Program-made: the position numbers and the translations under genes
Shown here: piece by piece, positions 1 through 7,924 of the stretch
Numbering within the stretch: position 1 is the first letter of the stretch
Layout of the letters: each line of letters opens with the position of its first letter
DNA from: a virus
Virus record (IMG/VR): IMGVR_UViG_3300045988_092374
Span: 1 to 41,990 of that record
Strand: one strand, 5' to 3'
DNA: 41,990 nucleotides
The notes under the pieces: model-generated
What the model saw: only the letters and a program-made list of their open reading frames with translations
Told to the model about the DNA's origin: nothing
The model's database searches: none

Positions 1-46
1 TGACTTTTAATCAAGTTGTCCGGGGTTCGAATCCCCGATGCCTCAT
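1..46 (+). tRNA. 3' part of a tRNA gene (anticodon loop to discriminator; loop CTTTTAA suggests tRNA-Lys UUU); acts as attL core
   Basis: T-arm CGGGG/TTCGAAT/CCCCG at 21-37 and acceptor 3' strand ATGCCTC plus A at 38-45. The 5' half lies upstream of the window. The same 46 nt recur at 41945-41990. Confidence 0.7.
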
Positions 47-57
47 GAATGAAAGAT

Positions 58-97
58 AGCGGAAAACCTTGTAATTACAGGGCTTTCCGCTTTTTTT
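58..97 (+). terminator. Rho-independent terminator after the tRNA
   Basis: Stem AGCGGAAA (58-65) pairs with TTTCCGCT (84-91), has an inner CCTTGT/ACAGGG helix, and is followed by a T7 run at 91-97. Confidence 0.7.
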
Positions 98-144
98 GAC
101 GGTAAAATTATCTAGGCAATTTTATAGAAAAACAACGAAAAAAC

Positions 145-164
145 ATGTCTAAAATCTGTCCAAG
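145..164 (+). promoter_or_regulatory. Putative integrase/excisionase arm-type site, copy 1
   Basis: ATGTCTAAAATCTGTCCAAG. Near-identical 20-mers occur at 183-202 and 41886-41905, all in the same orientation and next to the att cores. Confidence 0.5.
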
Positions 165-182
165 TAAGCAAAATTTTTCAGG

Positions 183-202
183 ATGTCTAAATTCTGTCCA
201 AG
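183..202 (+). promoter_or_regulatory. Putative arm-type site, copy 2
   Basis: ATGTCTAAATTCTGTCCAAG, 38 nt after copy 1. Confidence 0.5.
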
Positions 203-205
203 CTG

Positions 206-1324
206 TCACAGCGCAATCGCTGTTTTTACGACCTCCTGAACGTTCTCTTTTTCCTCCATAATGTGGCTGTAAACGTCGATGACCATCTTCTCTGTGTCGC
301 CCAGCAGCTCCGCGATTTTCTTTGTGCTGATAGCTGGAATCTGGTAGCACAGCTCCGTACAATAATTGTGCCTGAAGATATGTGCAGTCAGATCGTGAAT
401 GACGTACAGGTTTTCAGTTCCGCCGGCGGCCAGATTCATCTTATTAATAATACGCTCCCACATGCGCCGGTAACTGCTTTTGGTCATCATGCGGCCGTCC
501 TGGGTGTGCATCAGATACGGTGCTGTTAGGCCTTTAAGATACTCCTTTAGATGGACGGCCAGAAATGGAGGGATAGGCACCGTACGCACCCCGTTTTCGG
601 TCTTTGTATTCTTTACCCCGGGATTATTCACCCGAAACTCTACAGACCCTCTAACGGTCAATTCAGACGTTTTCAAATTGATATCAAGGGGCTTCAGGGC
701 CAGCACTTCGCCGCGGCGGAGGCCGCAGCCGTAGATAATCAGAACGAATGCCTTTTCCATCGGCGTGAAGTCAGCAGCCTTGATTGCCTTCTTTTCGGTG
801 GCGGTAAGGGGCCGCTTTTCTCTGGCTTTGTACTTTGGCCTGTTGATTTTTTCGCACAGTTCCCGAAACGCCTTTTCCGGGAGAAGTCGTTCATCCACAG
901 CAGCCCGGATAATTTGTTTATATGTCAACATGATTTGTTGGCATATACGAGGTTTTTCGGATGCATTGTTGATAAGTAGCTGTAAATGTACTTTTCTTAG
1001 GTCCTGCAGCTTAACGCCTTCCAGCGCGGCAAAGTGCTTGTCTATTATATTTTTATACATCATCCTTGTATTGTACTCCCGGACAGCCTTGCTGGTATCC
1101 AGCCATTCATCGGCGTAGGCCAGAAAGGTCATATCCGATGTCTGGATTTGATTTCCTTCTTCAATCCGGCGTTTCAATGCATTGACCTGTTTTTCAAGGT
1201 CGGCGCTGGACTTTCTTGATTTCAAGTTGATTCGGTGTTTCTGGCCGTATTCGTCATAAGTACCATCCCAAGCCTTAGTACGATAAATACCATATTTGTC
1301 AGGTTTGTATTTTTGCTTTGCCAT
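206..1324 (-). CDS. int: Tyrosine-type phage integrase
   Basis: 372-aa ORF with the catalytic pattern GLRRGE (Arg), HIFRHNY (His-x-x-Arg) and VYSHI (Tyr). It is adjacent to attL and reads toward it. Confidence 0.9.
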   Translation of the reverse strand: MAKQKYKPDKYGIYRTKAWDGTYDEYGQKHRINLKSRKSSADLEKQVNALKRRIEEGNQIQTSDMTFLAYADEWLDTSKAVREYNTRMMYKNIIDKHFAALEGVKLQDLRKVHLQLLINNASEKPRICQQIMLTYKQIIRAAVDERLLPEKAFRELCEKINRPKYKAREKRPLTATEKKAIKAADFTPMEKAFVLIIYGCGLRRGEVLALKPLDINLKTSELTVRGSVEFRVNNPGVKNTKTENGVRTVPIPPFLAVHLKEYLKGLTAPYLMHTQDGRMMTKSSYRRMWERIINKMNLAAGGTENLYVIHDLTAHIFRHNYCTELCYQIPAISTKKIAELLGDTEKMVIDVYSHIMEEKENVQEVVKTAIAL

Positions 1325-1491
1325 TATATCATCCTTTCTGTTTTTGGGTATAAAAAATACGCCCCTTGCCAGGACGCTCCGAGGATGATATAATTTAGGT
1401 GTCTAAGCTAAGTTATATTTGCCGGAGCAGTCTGGTAAGAGTATCTATCTGAAAGCCGTTCGGTGTTGGTAGCACCGGGCGGTTTTTACAT

Positions 1492-1520
1492 TTGACAAAT
1501 AAATTAAGTTGACTTATAAT
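1492..1520 (+). promoter_or_regulatory. Consensus sigma-A promoter for a short plus-strand RNA
   Basis: TTGACA (1492-1497), 17-nt spacer, TATAAT (1515-1520). No credible ORF lies downstream before the terminator. Confidence 0.6.
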
Positions 1521-1526
1521 ATACTT

Positions 1527-1628
1527 AACAAGACAGCCGGAAGATAGATGAAGCCTATCCGTCCCGGCGAAGTATTAAGCTAAGTAAGCCGCCTATCTTT
1601 CCAGGGACAGGGCGGCTTACTTATTTTT
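1527..1628 (+). ncRNA. Candidate antitoxin sRNA convergent with the small toxin ORF
   Basis: Runs from the consensus promoter to a perfect 10-bp hairpin GTAAGCCGCC/GGCGGCTTAC (1584-1620) plus TTATTTTT. The hairpin overlaps the stop codon of the minus-strand 26-aa ORF. Confidence 0.45.
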
Positions 1629-1697
1629 CGTGTTCAGAATGGCGACTATCAACAGCGCAACTGTTAATATAATCTGAAATTCTTCATATGTAGTCAT
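1617..1697 (-). CDS. 26-aa hydrophobic peptide, holin-like type I toxin candidate (Hol-Tox-like)
   Basis: MTTYEEFQIILTVALLIVAILNTKNK: a short polar head, one TM helix and a Lys-rich tail. The RBS GGAAGGAG lies 8 nt upstream. The ORF is below the track cut-off. Confidence 0.55.
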   Translation of the reverse strand: MTTYEEFQIILTVALLIVAILNTKNK

Positions 1698-1825
1698 AAG
1701 CACCACTCCTTCCGCAAGACTCGGAACGAATGGCTGCACGCCCTTCCGGCTGCCCGGGTAAGTATATTATATTGTCATGGTGCGCCCCTGTGGGTGTTGG
1801 GAAGCCGGCACAGGGGCTTTTTGCT

Positions 1826-2458
1826 TTATTCAATGTTGAGAATTGCGGTTACACTAGGGGCATTGTCACTCCAGTCAAATATATCCTCTACAACGAATGT
1901 AATAGGGCTTGTATCAGTTAATAAAAATGCATCTCCTATGTTTAGCGTATATCCAGGCATGATTTTTTTATATTCATTCTCTACGGATTGATTTTCATCC
2001 GCGGATGAAATAACTGTTCCCTTCATCTGCACACCATTTTGATATGCGTTCAGGCCAATCCAAGCTGACATAGCACTCATGGGTTCTGTGGCTTTATTTG
2101 TGTAATCATAATAGACTATTATACAAGACTTTCCTTCATAGTCAGATGAAAGTTCATATCCGGTATACTTTATGTGCCATTTCTCTGCATCAAATTCAAA
2201 AAGGGGAGCTGGTATCAATGAGCCATCCGCCCCAACCCGTTTTCCATCAGGAGTTGTTGTGTTTGCAAGCATAATTCCATTTGTGTCTAGGTAATAATTT
2301 TTCCCACTATCTTCGATCCAGCCAGTTGCATAGCTCCCATCATCATTCTGATATTTCCACTGTCCATTTTCTTGCGCCTGCCAGGTTCCGGCGAAGGCCG
2401 TTATCCCCATACTCAGTGTTAATAATGCTGTTGCTACAAATAATTTTACTTTCCTCAT
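1826..2458 (-). CDS. Secreted protein with cell-wall-binding repeats and a C-terminal beta-rich domain (lysogeny cargo)
   Basis: Signal peptide MRKVKLFVATALLTLSMGITAFA, followed by GW/YY repeats (GWIEDSGKNYYLDTNGIM). The C-terminal domain resembles DUF4352/DUF5067-type domains. Confidence 0.6.
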   Translation of the reverse strand: MRKVKLFVATALLTLSMGITAFAGTWQAQENGQWKYQNDDGSYATGWIEDSGKNYYLDTNGIMLANTTTPDGKRVGADGSLIPAPLFEFDAEKWHIKYTGYELSSDYEGKSCIIVYYDYTNKATEPMSAMSAWIGLNAYQNGVQMKGTVISSADENQSVENEYKKIMPGYTLNIGDAFLLTDTSPITFVVEDIFDWSDNAPSVTAILNIE

Positions 2459-2557
2459 ACGTTTTACCTTCCCTCTTATAAATTTTATTAAAAGCCATTG
2501 GCTATTTTAATTTTTTTGCGAGAACTCTGTTATTCGCAGTAAAAGGTCTTTTATTCA

Positions 2558-2851
2558 CTAATTTTTTGACTTCCACATAACTCTTAAGACAAGGCCGATA
2601 AAAAAGTAAATCCCTCCTGTTAAAAATCCAAAAACAATGATCCAAAACCAGCTTAAGTACCAGGGCAACTTTCTGACGATCTGACTTGGTGATGTGGCCG
2701 ATGCACTGGACGAAGCTGAATTGTTAATTATTATTGGCGTTTCTTTATCGCTAGAAAGTTGCTCAACTTGTTTACCGCATTTAGGGCAAACTACACATTC
2801 AACGTCAATGATTTCTCCGCAATGTTTGCAATATTTAGTTTTTGATTCCAT
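2558..2851 (-). CDS. Zinc-ribbon membrane protein
   Basis: Zinc ribbon CKHCGEIIDVECVVCPKCG, a Ser-rich linker and a C-terminal TM segment LSWFWIIVFGFLTGGIYFFIGLVL. Confidence 0.65.
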   Translation of the reverse strand: MESKTKYCKHCGEIIDVECVVCPKCGKQVEQLSSDKETPIIINNSASSSASATSPSQIVRKLPWYLSWFWIIVFGFLTGGIYFFIGLVLRVMWKSKN

Positions 2852-2900
2852 GCTCTTTTCCTCTTTTCATTTATTATTATTAGAAACTAAAGGCTATAAA

Positions 2901-3215
2901 CTATGCTGCGTCCTCCGAAAAGTCCAGTTCACTGATGCTCTCATTGACAGATTCCAAAATCTCATGTTTTTCAATGTAAGAGATCCAGGTCGATGGAAAT
3001 TCAGACTTAATTTCATGTTTTAAGTTATTGTATAGATTCTCCATTGCTTTCTTCCACATCTCACCAGCAGCCTTTTCCATTTTCTTATCCGCCCAGCGGG
3101 CCTTTGCCTGCCGTTTGGCATTTTTGACACACTGGAACTGCATCGCTTTAAACATAAATGTTTGATAACCAGCAAGATTCTTTTCCAAATATTCTAAAAA
3201 TTCTTTGTATTTCAT
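2901..3215 (-). CDS. Hypothetical protein co-oriented with the repressor
   Basis: 104-aa ORF whose start overlaps the repressor stop (3212-3215), which suggests one operon. Confidence 0.55.
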   Translation of the reverse strand: MKYKEFLEYLEKNLAGYQTFMFKAMQFQCVKNAKRQAKARWADKKMEKAAGEMWKKAMENLYNNLKHEIKSEFPSTWISYIEKHEILESVNESISELDFSEDAA

Positions 3216-3952
3216 AGTTCTTCCACCTTTCCCAACACCCGGCCAATTAGTCTTACGTCTTCTGTACCCTCTATATCCTCATATTCTGGGTTCCGAGAAA
3301 TCAATCCACGTTCTCCCAATTCTTTGATAAAACATTCATTATGGATTGTGAAAATTCCAACATCTCCAAAGGTCAATTCTTTGACCTTCTGCACGTAGAG
3401 CTTTTCGCCATCATGGTAGTTTGGTTCCATGCTATCACCACTTACTCCGATAATAAAGTCAGCTCCATTAAGAAAAGGTGCTTCTAAGGTATCTGTTGGA
3501 ATATCATCGAAATAAAAGCCGGTTCCAGCACAGGCAATCTTTCCAAGGTAGGTATAGAGGCGCAGGCGGGTTTGAGAGCGTTTGGCAGCAAGTTGGTGGC
3601 GTAGTTCAGTCAATTGAGCCGTGTTGTTGGCCAGAATCTCAGTGCGCTCTATTTCCCAATTCAACATGGTATCAACGTGCTGGCGACCGAGGTCATCGAG
3701 ATCACGGTATTTTTTTATAAGTAATTTCTCGGTGGGAGAAAATTCTCCAGCCTCTGTAGCAAGAAGATAATTTGGTGTAATGTCTAGAACACCGCATAAA
3801 AGCTCTATTGTGTCAGGGTCTGGCTTATTTTTATTATTTTCCCAATCACTTACAGAATTGTGTTTAGCTCCTATTTTCGCAGCAAGCTGTTTTTGAGTAA
3901 AGCCCTTTAATTTGCGAGCTTCTTTGATTTTTTCACCAAAAGTAAAATTCAT
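3212..3952 (-). CDS. CI/LexA-like phage repressor (XRE HTH plus S24 peptidase)
   Basis: HTH KGFTQKQLAAKIGAKHNSVSDWENN and S24 motifs GDSMEP and GRVLGK. It is divergent from the Cro-like gene. Confidence 0.9.
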   Translation of the reverse strand: MNFTFGEKIKEARKLKGFTQKQLAAKIGAKHNSVSDWENNKNKPDPDTIELLCGVLDITPNYLLATEAGEFSPTEKLLIKKYRDLDDLGRQHVDTMLNWEIERTEILANNTAQLTELRHQLAAKRSQTRLRLYTYLGKIACAGTGFYFDDIPTDTLEAPFLNGADFIIGVSGDSMEPNYHDGEKLYVQKVKELTFGDVGIFTIHNECFIKELGERGLISRNPEYEDIEGTEDVRLIGRVLGKVEEL

Positions 3953-3976
3953 TATTTCTTGCCTCCTTATAATGAA

Positions 3977-4090
3977 ATAGTAACATAGTGTTTCGATTTT
4001 GTAAATATAAAAATTTCGAAATTACCGAAAAAACATATTGACAATTCGAAATAGTCGGTATATGATATAATTACTTCGAACAAATCGAAA
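3977..4090. promoter_or_regulatory. Immunity switch: divergent promoters with TTCGAA-centred operators
   Basis: Leftward promoter TTTACA-17-TACTAT (4005 down to 3977) and rightward promoter TTGACA-17-TATGAT (4038-4066). Sites: AATTTCGAAATT 4012-4023 (perfect palindrome), AATTCGAAAT 4044-4053, CTTCGAACAAATCGAAA 4074-4090, TTTCGA 3991-3996. Confidence 0.65.
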
Positions 4091-4107
4091 AAGTGAGGTG
4101 ATAATAA

Positions 4108-4347
4108 TTGGAAGTAGGTTTGAAGATTAAAAAGTATCTGGATGAAAATGGTATTTCACAAGCGCATATAAGCAGAGAGACAAGAATCGACCCAGTGAAA
4201 TTAAACTTGGGATTGAACGGAAAAAGAAGATTTACATTTTATGAATACTCCGTAATTTGCGGAGTACTTGGGTTGGATACCAATTTCTTCTTAAAGCCCA
4301 GGTTACCATCAAGAAAGGAGCGTGAGAACATTGAAAATCGTAATTGA
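4108..4347 (+). CDS. Cro-like XRE HTH regulator
   Basis: 79 aa with a TTG start after GTGAGGTG. HTH GISQAHISRETRIDPVKLNLGLNG. Confidence 0.75.
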   Translation: MEVGLKIKKYLDENGISQAHISRETRIDPVKLNLGLNGKRRFTFYEYSVICGVLGLDTNFFLKPRLPSRKERENIENRN

Positions 4348-4615
4348 CTTAACCGAAGCCATAAATTATAGCCTATCGCCATGCAACGTATACCGTGCTT
4401 TATATTCTGAGCATTGGAACAATCTGCAGAAAATACACCACAACCCTTTGTGGGGAATGGAAACTGCCTGCGATTCGACAGCGCGTGAGTTGTATGCTCA
4501 GAAAACTGGGCGAAGTAAGAATGTGAAAAATCTGATTCTTACATATGCAGATGCCGAGGCATGTTTCGAGCTGTTTAAGCAGTTTGCGGATGTGTGGGCA
4601 GAGAATGTGCAATAG
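4331..4615 (+). CDS. Hypothetical early protein
   Basis: ORF 4322-4615 from the track. TTG 4331 is better spaced from AAAGGAG (4314-4320) than GTG 4322. Confidence 0.4.
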   Translation: MKIVIDLTEAINYSLSPCNVYRALYSEHWNNLQKIHHNPLWGMETACDSTARELYAQKTGRSKNVKNLILTYADAEACFELFKQFADVWAENVQ

Positions 4616-4662
4616 AAGGAATTGTAACATGCATGTGTCAACGAGAAGGGAGGGCGAGAGAG

Positions 4663-4836
4663 ATGTTTAGGCGATTACTGGTGATTTTATTTCTTGGCAA
4701 TAAAGAAGAATGTTATCGGGTTATCCGTATTAAAGGAAGTTTATATATGGTGTGTGTACGACGTTACGAACCAGCAGAGAATTTTATCAATAGGATGGAA
4801 AAAGCCTTGCAGAAGCAAGGCGAAAAAAAATTATAG
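4663..4836 (+). CDS. Hypothetical early protein (57 aa)
   Basis: ATG 4663 follows the conserved leader GGGAGGGCGAGAGAG. This is the shorter form of track ORF 4594-4836. Confidence 0.45.
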   Translation: MFRRLLVILFLGNKEECYRVIRIKGSLYMVCVRRYEPAENFINRMEKALQKQGEKKL

Positions 4837-5010
4837 TGGCAGACTTTTTAATTGTGGCATGGCTGCCTCTAACTGTGAAATGATAGATTCGTGAAGTTGA
4901 ATGTCAGTTTTTACAAGGGATTTTGGCTTTATTGATTCTAAATCAGTTAAGTGTTTTTTAAGATTCCCATAAAGATAAATTATTTCCTTGTCACTCAATT
5001 CAATGGCCAC
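4831..5010 (-). CDS. Hypothetical 59-aa protein, leftward
   Basis: GTG start 5010 preceded by AAAGGAGGA. Sequence VAIELSDKEIIYLYGNLKKHLTDLESIKPKS... It is just below the track cut-off. Confidence 0.4.
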   Translation of the reverse strand: MAIELSDKEIIYLYGNLKKHLTDLESIKPKSLVKTDIQLHESIISQLEAAMPQLKSLPL

Positions 5011-5116
5011 AGTAAATCCTCCTTTGTTATATTTCAGCCTGGCGGGGCTGATAAGGAGATTGTATCACGCAGAAGGGAACAAAACAATGTGTCAATGAGA
5101 AAGGAGGGCGAGAGAG

Positions 5117-5326
5117 GTGATATCTGTTAAGGATGCTACACGAATTGTAGAAGAATGTAGAAGTATAAACGGAAAAGTCCGGAAAATAACATTCCCCATT
5201 TTTGAAAAAGATGAACTAGAAAGAGCTGAGACTATTGTAAGCGCTTTGGAAGGCTTAACAATAGAATCAGCCCAGATTCTTCTTGAACGAATTAATCAAT
5301 ATCTACTTCAGGATGTAATTTCCTAA
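5117..5326 (+). CDS. Hypothetical early protein
   Basis: 69-aa ORF with a GTG start after the second copy of the conserved leader/RBS. Confidence 0.5.
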   Translation: MISVKDATRIVEECRSINGKVRKITFPIFEKDELERAETIVSALEGLTIESAQILLERINQYLLQDVIS

Positions 5327-5505
5327 AAGTGGCGAGGTATTGCTTTTGTTTCGGCGGCAGAAGGTGCTTTAGCTTCTGAATTAAGATATTCTAAAACATT
5401 TTCATAGCAATTACGATATTCTTCAACTAATATTGGTGCCGACAACTGCTTTCCAGCCATACGAGCAATAGCAATATCGTGAGCGATTTGTTCGTTAGTA
5501 AACAT
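5323..5505 (-). CDS. Hypothetical 60-aa protein, leftward
   Basis: ATG preceded by AAAGGAGAG at proper spacing. Confidence 0.5.
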   Translation of the reverse strand: MFTNEQIAHDIAIARMAGKQLSAPILVEEYRNCYENVLEYLNSEAKAPSAAETKAIPRHF

Positions 5506-5640
5506 AGTGTATCTCTCCTTTCGTGTATACTTGGCGCTGCAACGCCTGTACTTAAATTATAGGAGAGGAAATAGAAAAACGCAATATTGTAAACAGTATC
5601 GGGCATAAGGACGATAAAATCAAGAAAGGAGCGCGATTGC

Positions 5641-5871
5641 ATGCTGGAGTTTCCAAAACCAATCATGAAGATGTCAGAACTTCAGAAAATGGGATTCCCG
5701 GAAACCTATCTGAAACGGGCTTACGGGGATAAAAATCAGACCTTTGCGAGCAAGATGAATCCGGCATTAACAAAAAGTCCAATTATATTTGATACAGCCG
5801 GATTCAAAATCTGGTGGGAAAAGCAGATTGAGGCACAGGTTCGGTCGATGCCCAGGAGAAGAGGGAGGTGA
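5641..5871 (+). CDS. Small DNA-binding-like protein (possible excisionase/HTH)
   Basis: 76 aa with RBS AAGGAG about 9 nt upstream. MSELQKMGFPETYLKRAY resembles Xis/MerR-type HTH starts. The functional call is weak. Confidence 0.35.
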   Translation: MLEFPKPIMKMSELQKMGFPETYLKRAYGDKNQTFASKMNPALTKSPIIFDTAGFKIWWEKQIEAQVRSMPRRRGR

Positions 5872-5876
5872 TACCA

Positions 5877-6047
5877 ATGCACAAACATGATTACACTGGT
5901 GCCCAGGTCGTCCGAATGCGGCGGCAGCTGCGGGCCGAGAGGGCAGAACTGCTATGGCTTTACAAGCTGCTGGCTGTGGCGATTATCCTGTGTGCGGTAC
6001 TAACCGGGACACTGCTTGCGGTGGCGCAGACGGCAGGGATTTTGTGA
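5877..6047 (+). CDS. 56-aa membrane peptide
   Basis: MHKHDYTGAQVVRMRRQLRAERAELLWLYKLLAVAIILCAVLTGTLLAVAQTAGIL, with RBS GAGGGAGGTG. Confidence 0.5.
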   Translation: MHKHDYTGAQVVRMRRQLRAERAELLWLYKLLAVAIILCAVLTGTLLAVAQTAGIL

Positions 6048-6059
6048 GAGGAGGGAAGT

Positions 6060-6239
6060 ATGAGTAAAAGAAGAAATGGCACTAATCGGGCCGGGGCCGC
6101 CATCGGCGTAAATATCTACACTGGCAAGCTGACCCCGAGAAAGAAAAAGAACCTGCCGGAGGCAACCGGACAGGCTCAGGAACTTAAAAAATATTCGTAC
6201 TCTGATTATAACAGAGAAAACAGGAGGATGCAAGGATGA
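6060..6239 (+). CDS. 59-aa basic protein
   Basis: MSKRRNGTNRAG... with RBS GAGGAGGGAAG. ATGA overlap with the next ORF. Confidence 0.45.
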   Translation: MSKRRNGTNRAGAAIGVNIYTGKLTPRKKKNLPEATGQAQELKKYSYSDYNRENRRMQG

Positions 6240-6463
6240 AAGCAGAATACTATTCCAGAATTGGGCAAGCATTGGATAAATTGAAATTACAGGGTGATTA
6301 TGCTGTTGCAACAATAGGCGGCATTTATGGATTGGAAGTAAGTGTCCGTGACGGCGGGATTGACGGAGAGTCGATTTTAAATGTAACGATTTCTGCAGAC
6401 GTATCAGAGGAAATTGTCAAAAGGCTGGTTGAGTTGTTAGAGGCCAGAGCAGGACTGGGGTGA
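6236..6463 (+). CDS. Hypothetical protein
   Basis: 75-aa ORF, translationally coupled to the preceding ORF. Confidence 0.55.
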   Translation: MKAEYYSRIGQALDKLKLQGDYAVATIGGIYGLEVSVRDGGIDGESILNVTISADVSEEIVKRLVELLEARAGLG

Positions 6464-6467
6464 GTGT

Positions 6468-6635
6468 ATGCACTATAAAGGAATCGGACCAGAGAGAGGG
6501 AATGATGTTAAATGTGAGGATGCCTATTCCTATGCTCTCAACCGATGCTTACATGGAAGCGAGAATGATCAGAAGGAATTCAGTTCTATGCTTATAGAAT
6601 GGTTTTACTCCGGAAATTGGATAGAGGAGGATTGA
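6468..6635 (+). CDS. 55-aa hypothetical protein
   Basis: MHYKGIGPERGNDVKCEDAYSYALNRCLHG... It fills the gap before the SSAP gene. Confidence 0.4.
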   Translation: MHYKGIGPERGNDVKCEDAYSYALNRCLHGSENDQKEFSSMLIEWFYSGNWIEED

Positions 6636-6636
6636 A

Positions 6637-7308
6637 ATGCTTAAAGACTATAACGAACTTAGAAAAATTGATGTTACACCTTACTGCGATCTCAGAGACG
6701 GAATCACTTACCTTCCTTACAATAAATGCATTGATCTTCTACATGAAAACGGGGCAGAATTAGTATTTTTTCTTCCAGTTCCGAACCCTAAAACTGGAGG
6801 AAGCTTATATGAATCAGAATCAACATTTTTAGATAAAAATGGAGTTCAGAATCGTTGTTATGAAACAAAAATAGAGATACATATTGACGATAAAATCTAC
6901 TATATGCAGTCGCCGGTTATGAACGGAGCAAACCCAGTTAAAGATAATTCGATGAGCCAACAGAGAGTGTGGAACAGTATGACCAGAAGCTTTGTGAAAG
7001 CGGTCGCTATGTATACAGGCTTAGGTTTCAGCTTGTGGCTTAAAGAAGAGGAGATTGAACGCAAGCAGCAGGAAACAGCCGACCAGTATCATGATATACG
7101 AAAAGTCAAGGAAAGAGTTTTGCAAACACTTACAGCAATACAAAAAGAAGGGAATTTGACGCTGGAACAAACGGCAATACAGATGGGAAGAAGTGCTGAT
7201 GAACTCAATGCTTGGTTTAAACAATATGATATCCTCTTTGCAGTAGAAAACAATCTGGAACATGTGTTGAAAAAAATAAGGCAGGACAATTATGATAAGC
7301 GACCATGA
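6637..7308 (+). CDS. Single-strand annealing protein, Sak/Rad52-like
   Basis: The N-terminal ~140 aa resemble Sak/DUF1071-type SSAPs (YLPYNKCIDLL ... VAMYTGLGFSLW). It is followed by a nuclease, as in phage recombinase pairs. Confidence 0.55.
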   Translation: MLKDYNELRKIDVTPYCDLRDGITYLPYNKCIDLLHENGAELVFFLPVPNPKTGGSLYESESTFLDKNGVQNRCYETKIEIHIDDKIYYMQSPVMNGANPVKDNSMSQQRVWNSMTRSFVKAVAMYTGLGFSLWLKEEEIERKQQETADQYHDIRKVKERVLQTLTAIQKEGNLTLEQTAIQMGRSADELNAWFKQYDILFAVENNLEHVLKKIRQDNYDKRP

Positions 7309-7924
7309 TAGAGCTTACTATATTGGGGCTAGTGACACAGAATATGTGTTACGAAGCTGGAAAACAAAAACCTTCGAAAAATGGTGGTTTACAAAATTAG
7401 GTTTAACCTGCATGAATTTTTCTAATGATGCAATGATGGCCGGGACTGCGTACGAACACAAAATATTAGATTCGCTTGAAATTCCTGGAATGCAAAAGGA
7501 CCGGCAAGTCATAATAGGAAGATTGCGGGTAAATCTGGACGGAAGTACAAACGATACGATTTATGAAGTTAAAACGTACAGAGCGGGTAAATGCTTTAAA
7601 CCTTCAAAGGCATATTGGGATCAGGTGCAAGTGGAAATGTATGTAACTGGATTCAGGAAAGCCTATATTGTTGCTTATTGCCTTCAGAGCGAAGATTACT
7701 TTAATTTCTATCGTGACATAGATACAGAACGTTTAAGCATGCATCCGATAGATTACGATAAGGAATTTATAAACAATGTGTATCTTCCTAAATTCAAATA
7801 CCTGGAAGAATGTTTGAAGGATGGGAAATTTCCTACAGAGGAGGAATATGGAAAGCAAAGGTTATTTGAAGGGAGTATCAAAGGACTGGATAACCGGAAA
7901 TTTTCTGCTTACATTCGAGGTTGA
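7292..7924 (+). CDS. PD-(D/E)xK recombination exonuclease (YqaJ/Cas4-like)
   Basis: LDGSTNDTIYEVKTY gives a D...E-x-K pattern. Its start overlaps the end of the SSAP gene. Confidence 0.5.
   Translation: MISDHDRAYYIGASDTEYVLRSWKTKTFEKWWFTKLGLTCMNFSNDAMMAGTAYEHKILDSLEIPGMQKDRQVIIGRLRVNLDGSTNDTIYEVKTYRAGKCFKPSKAYWDQVQVEMYVTGFRKAYIVAYCLQSEDYFNFYRDIDTERLSMHPIDYDKEFINNVYLPKFKYLEECLKDGKFPTEEEYGKQRLFEGSIKGLDNRKFSAYIRG

Noticed and set aside
1787-1826. Hairpin CCCCTGTG/CACAGGGG followed by CTTTTT as the terminator of the minus-strand gene 1826-2458
   Set aside because: The T-tract follows the hairpin only on the plus strand, so it cannot be the intrinsic terminator of the minus-strand gene. It may stop read-through of the plus-strand sRNA, but I have no further support for that.
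4594-4662. The longer form of ORF 4594-4836 starting at 4594
   Set aside because: The upstream part overlaps the end of the previous ORF and includes the duplicated leader block, whose second copy carries an in-frame stop. The ATG at 4663, behind GGGAGGG, is the better start.
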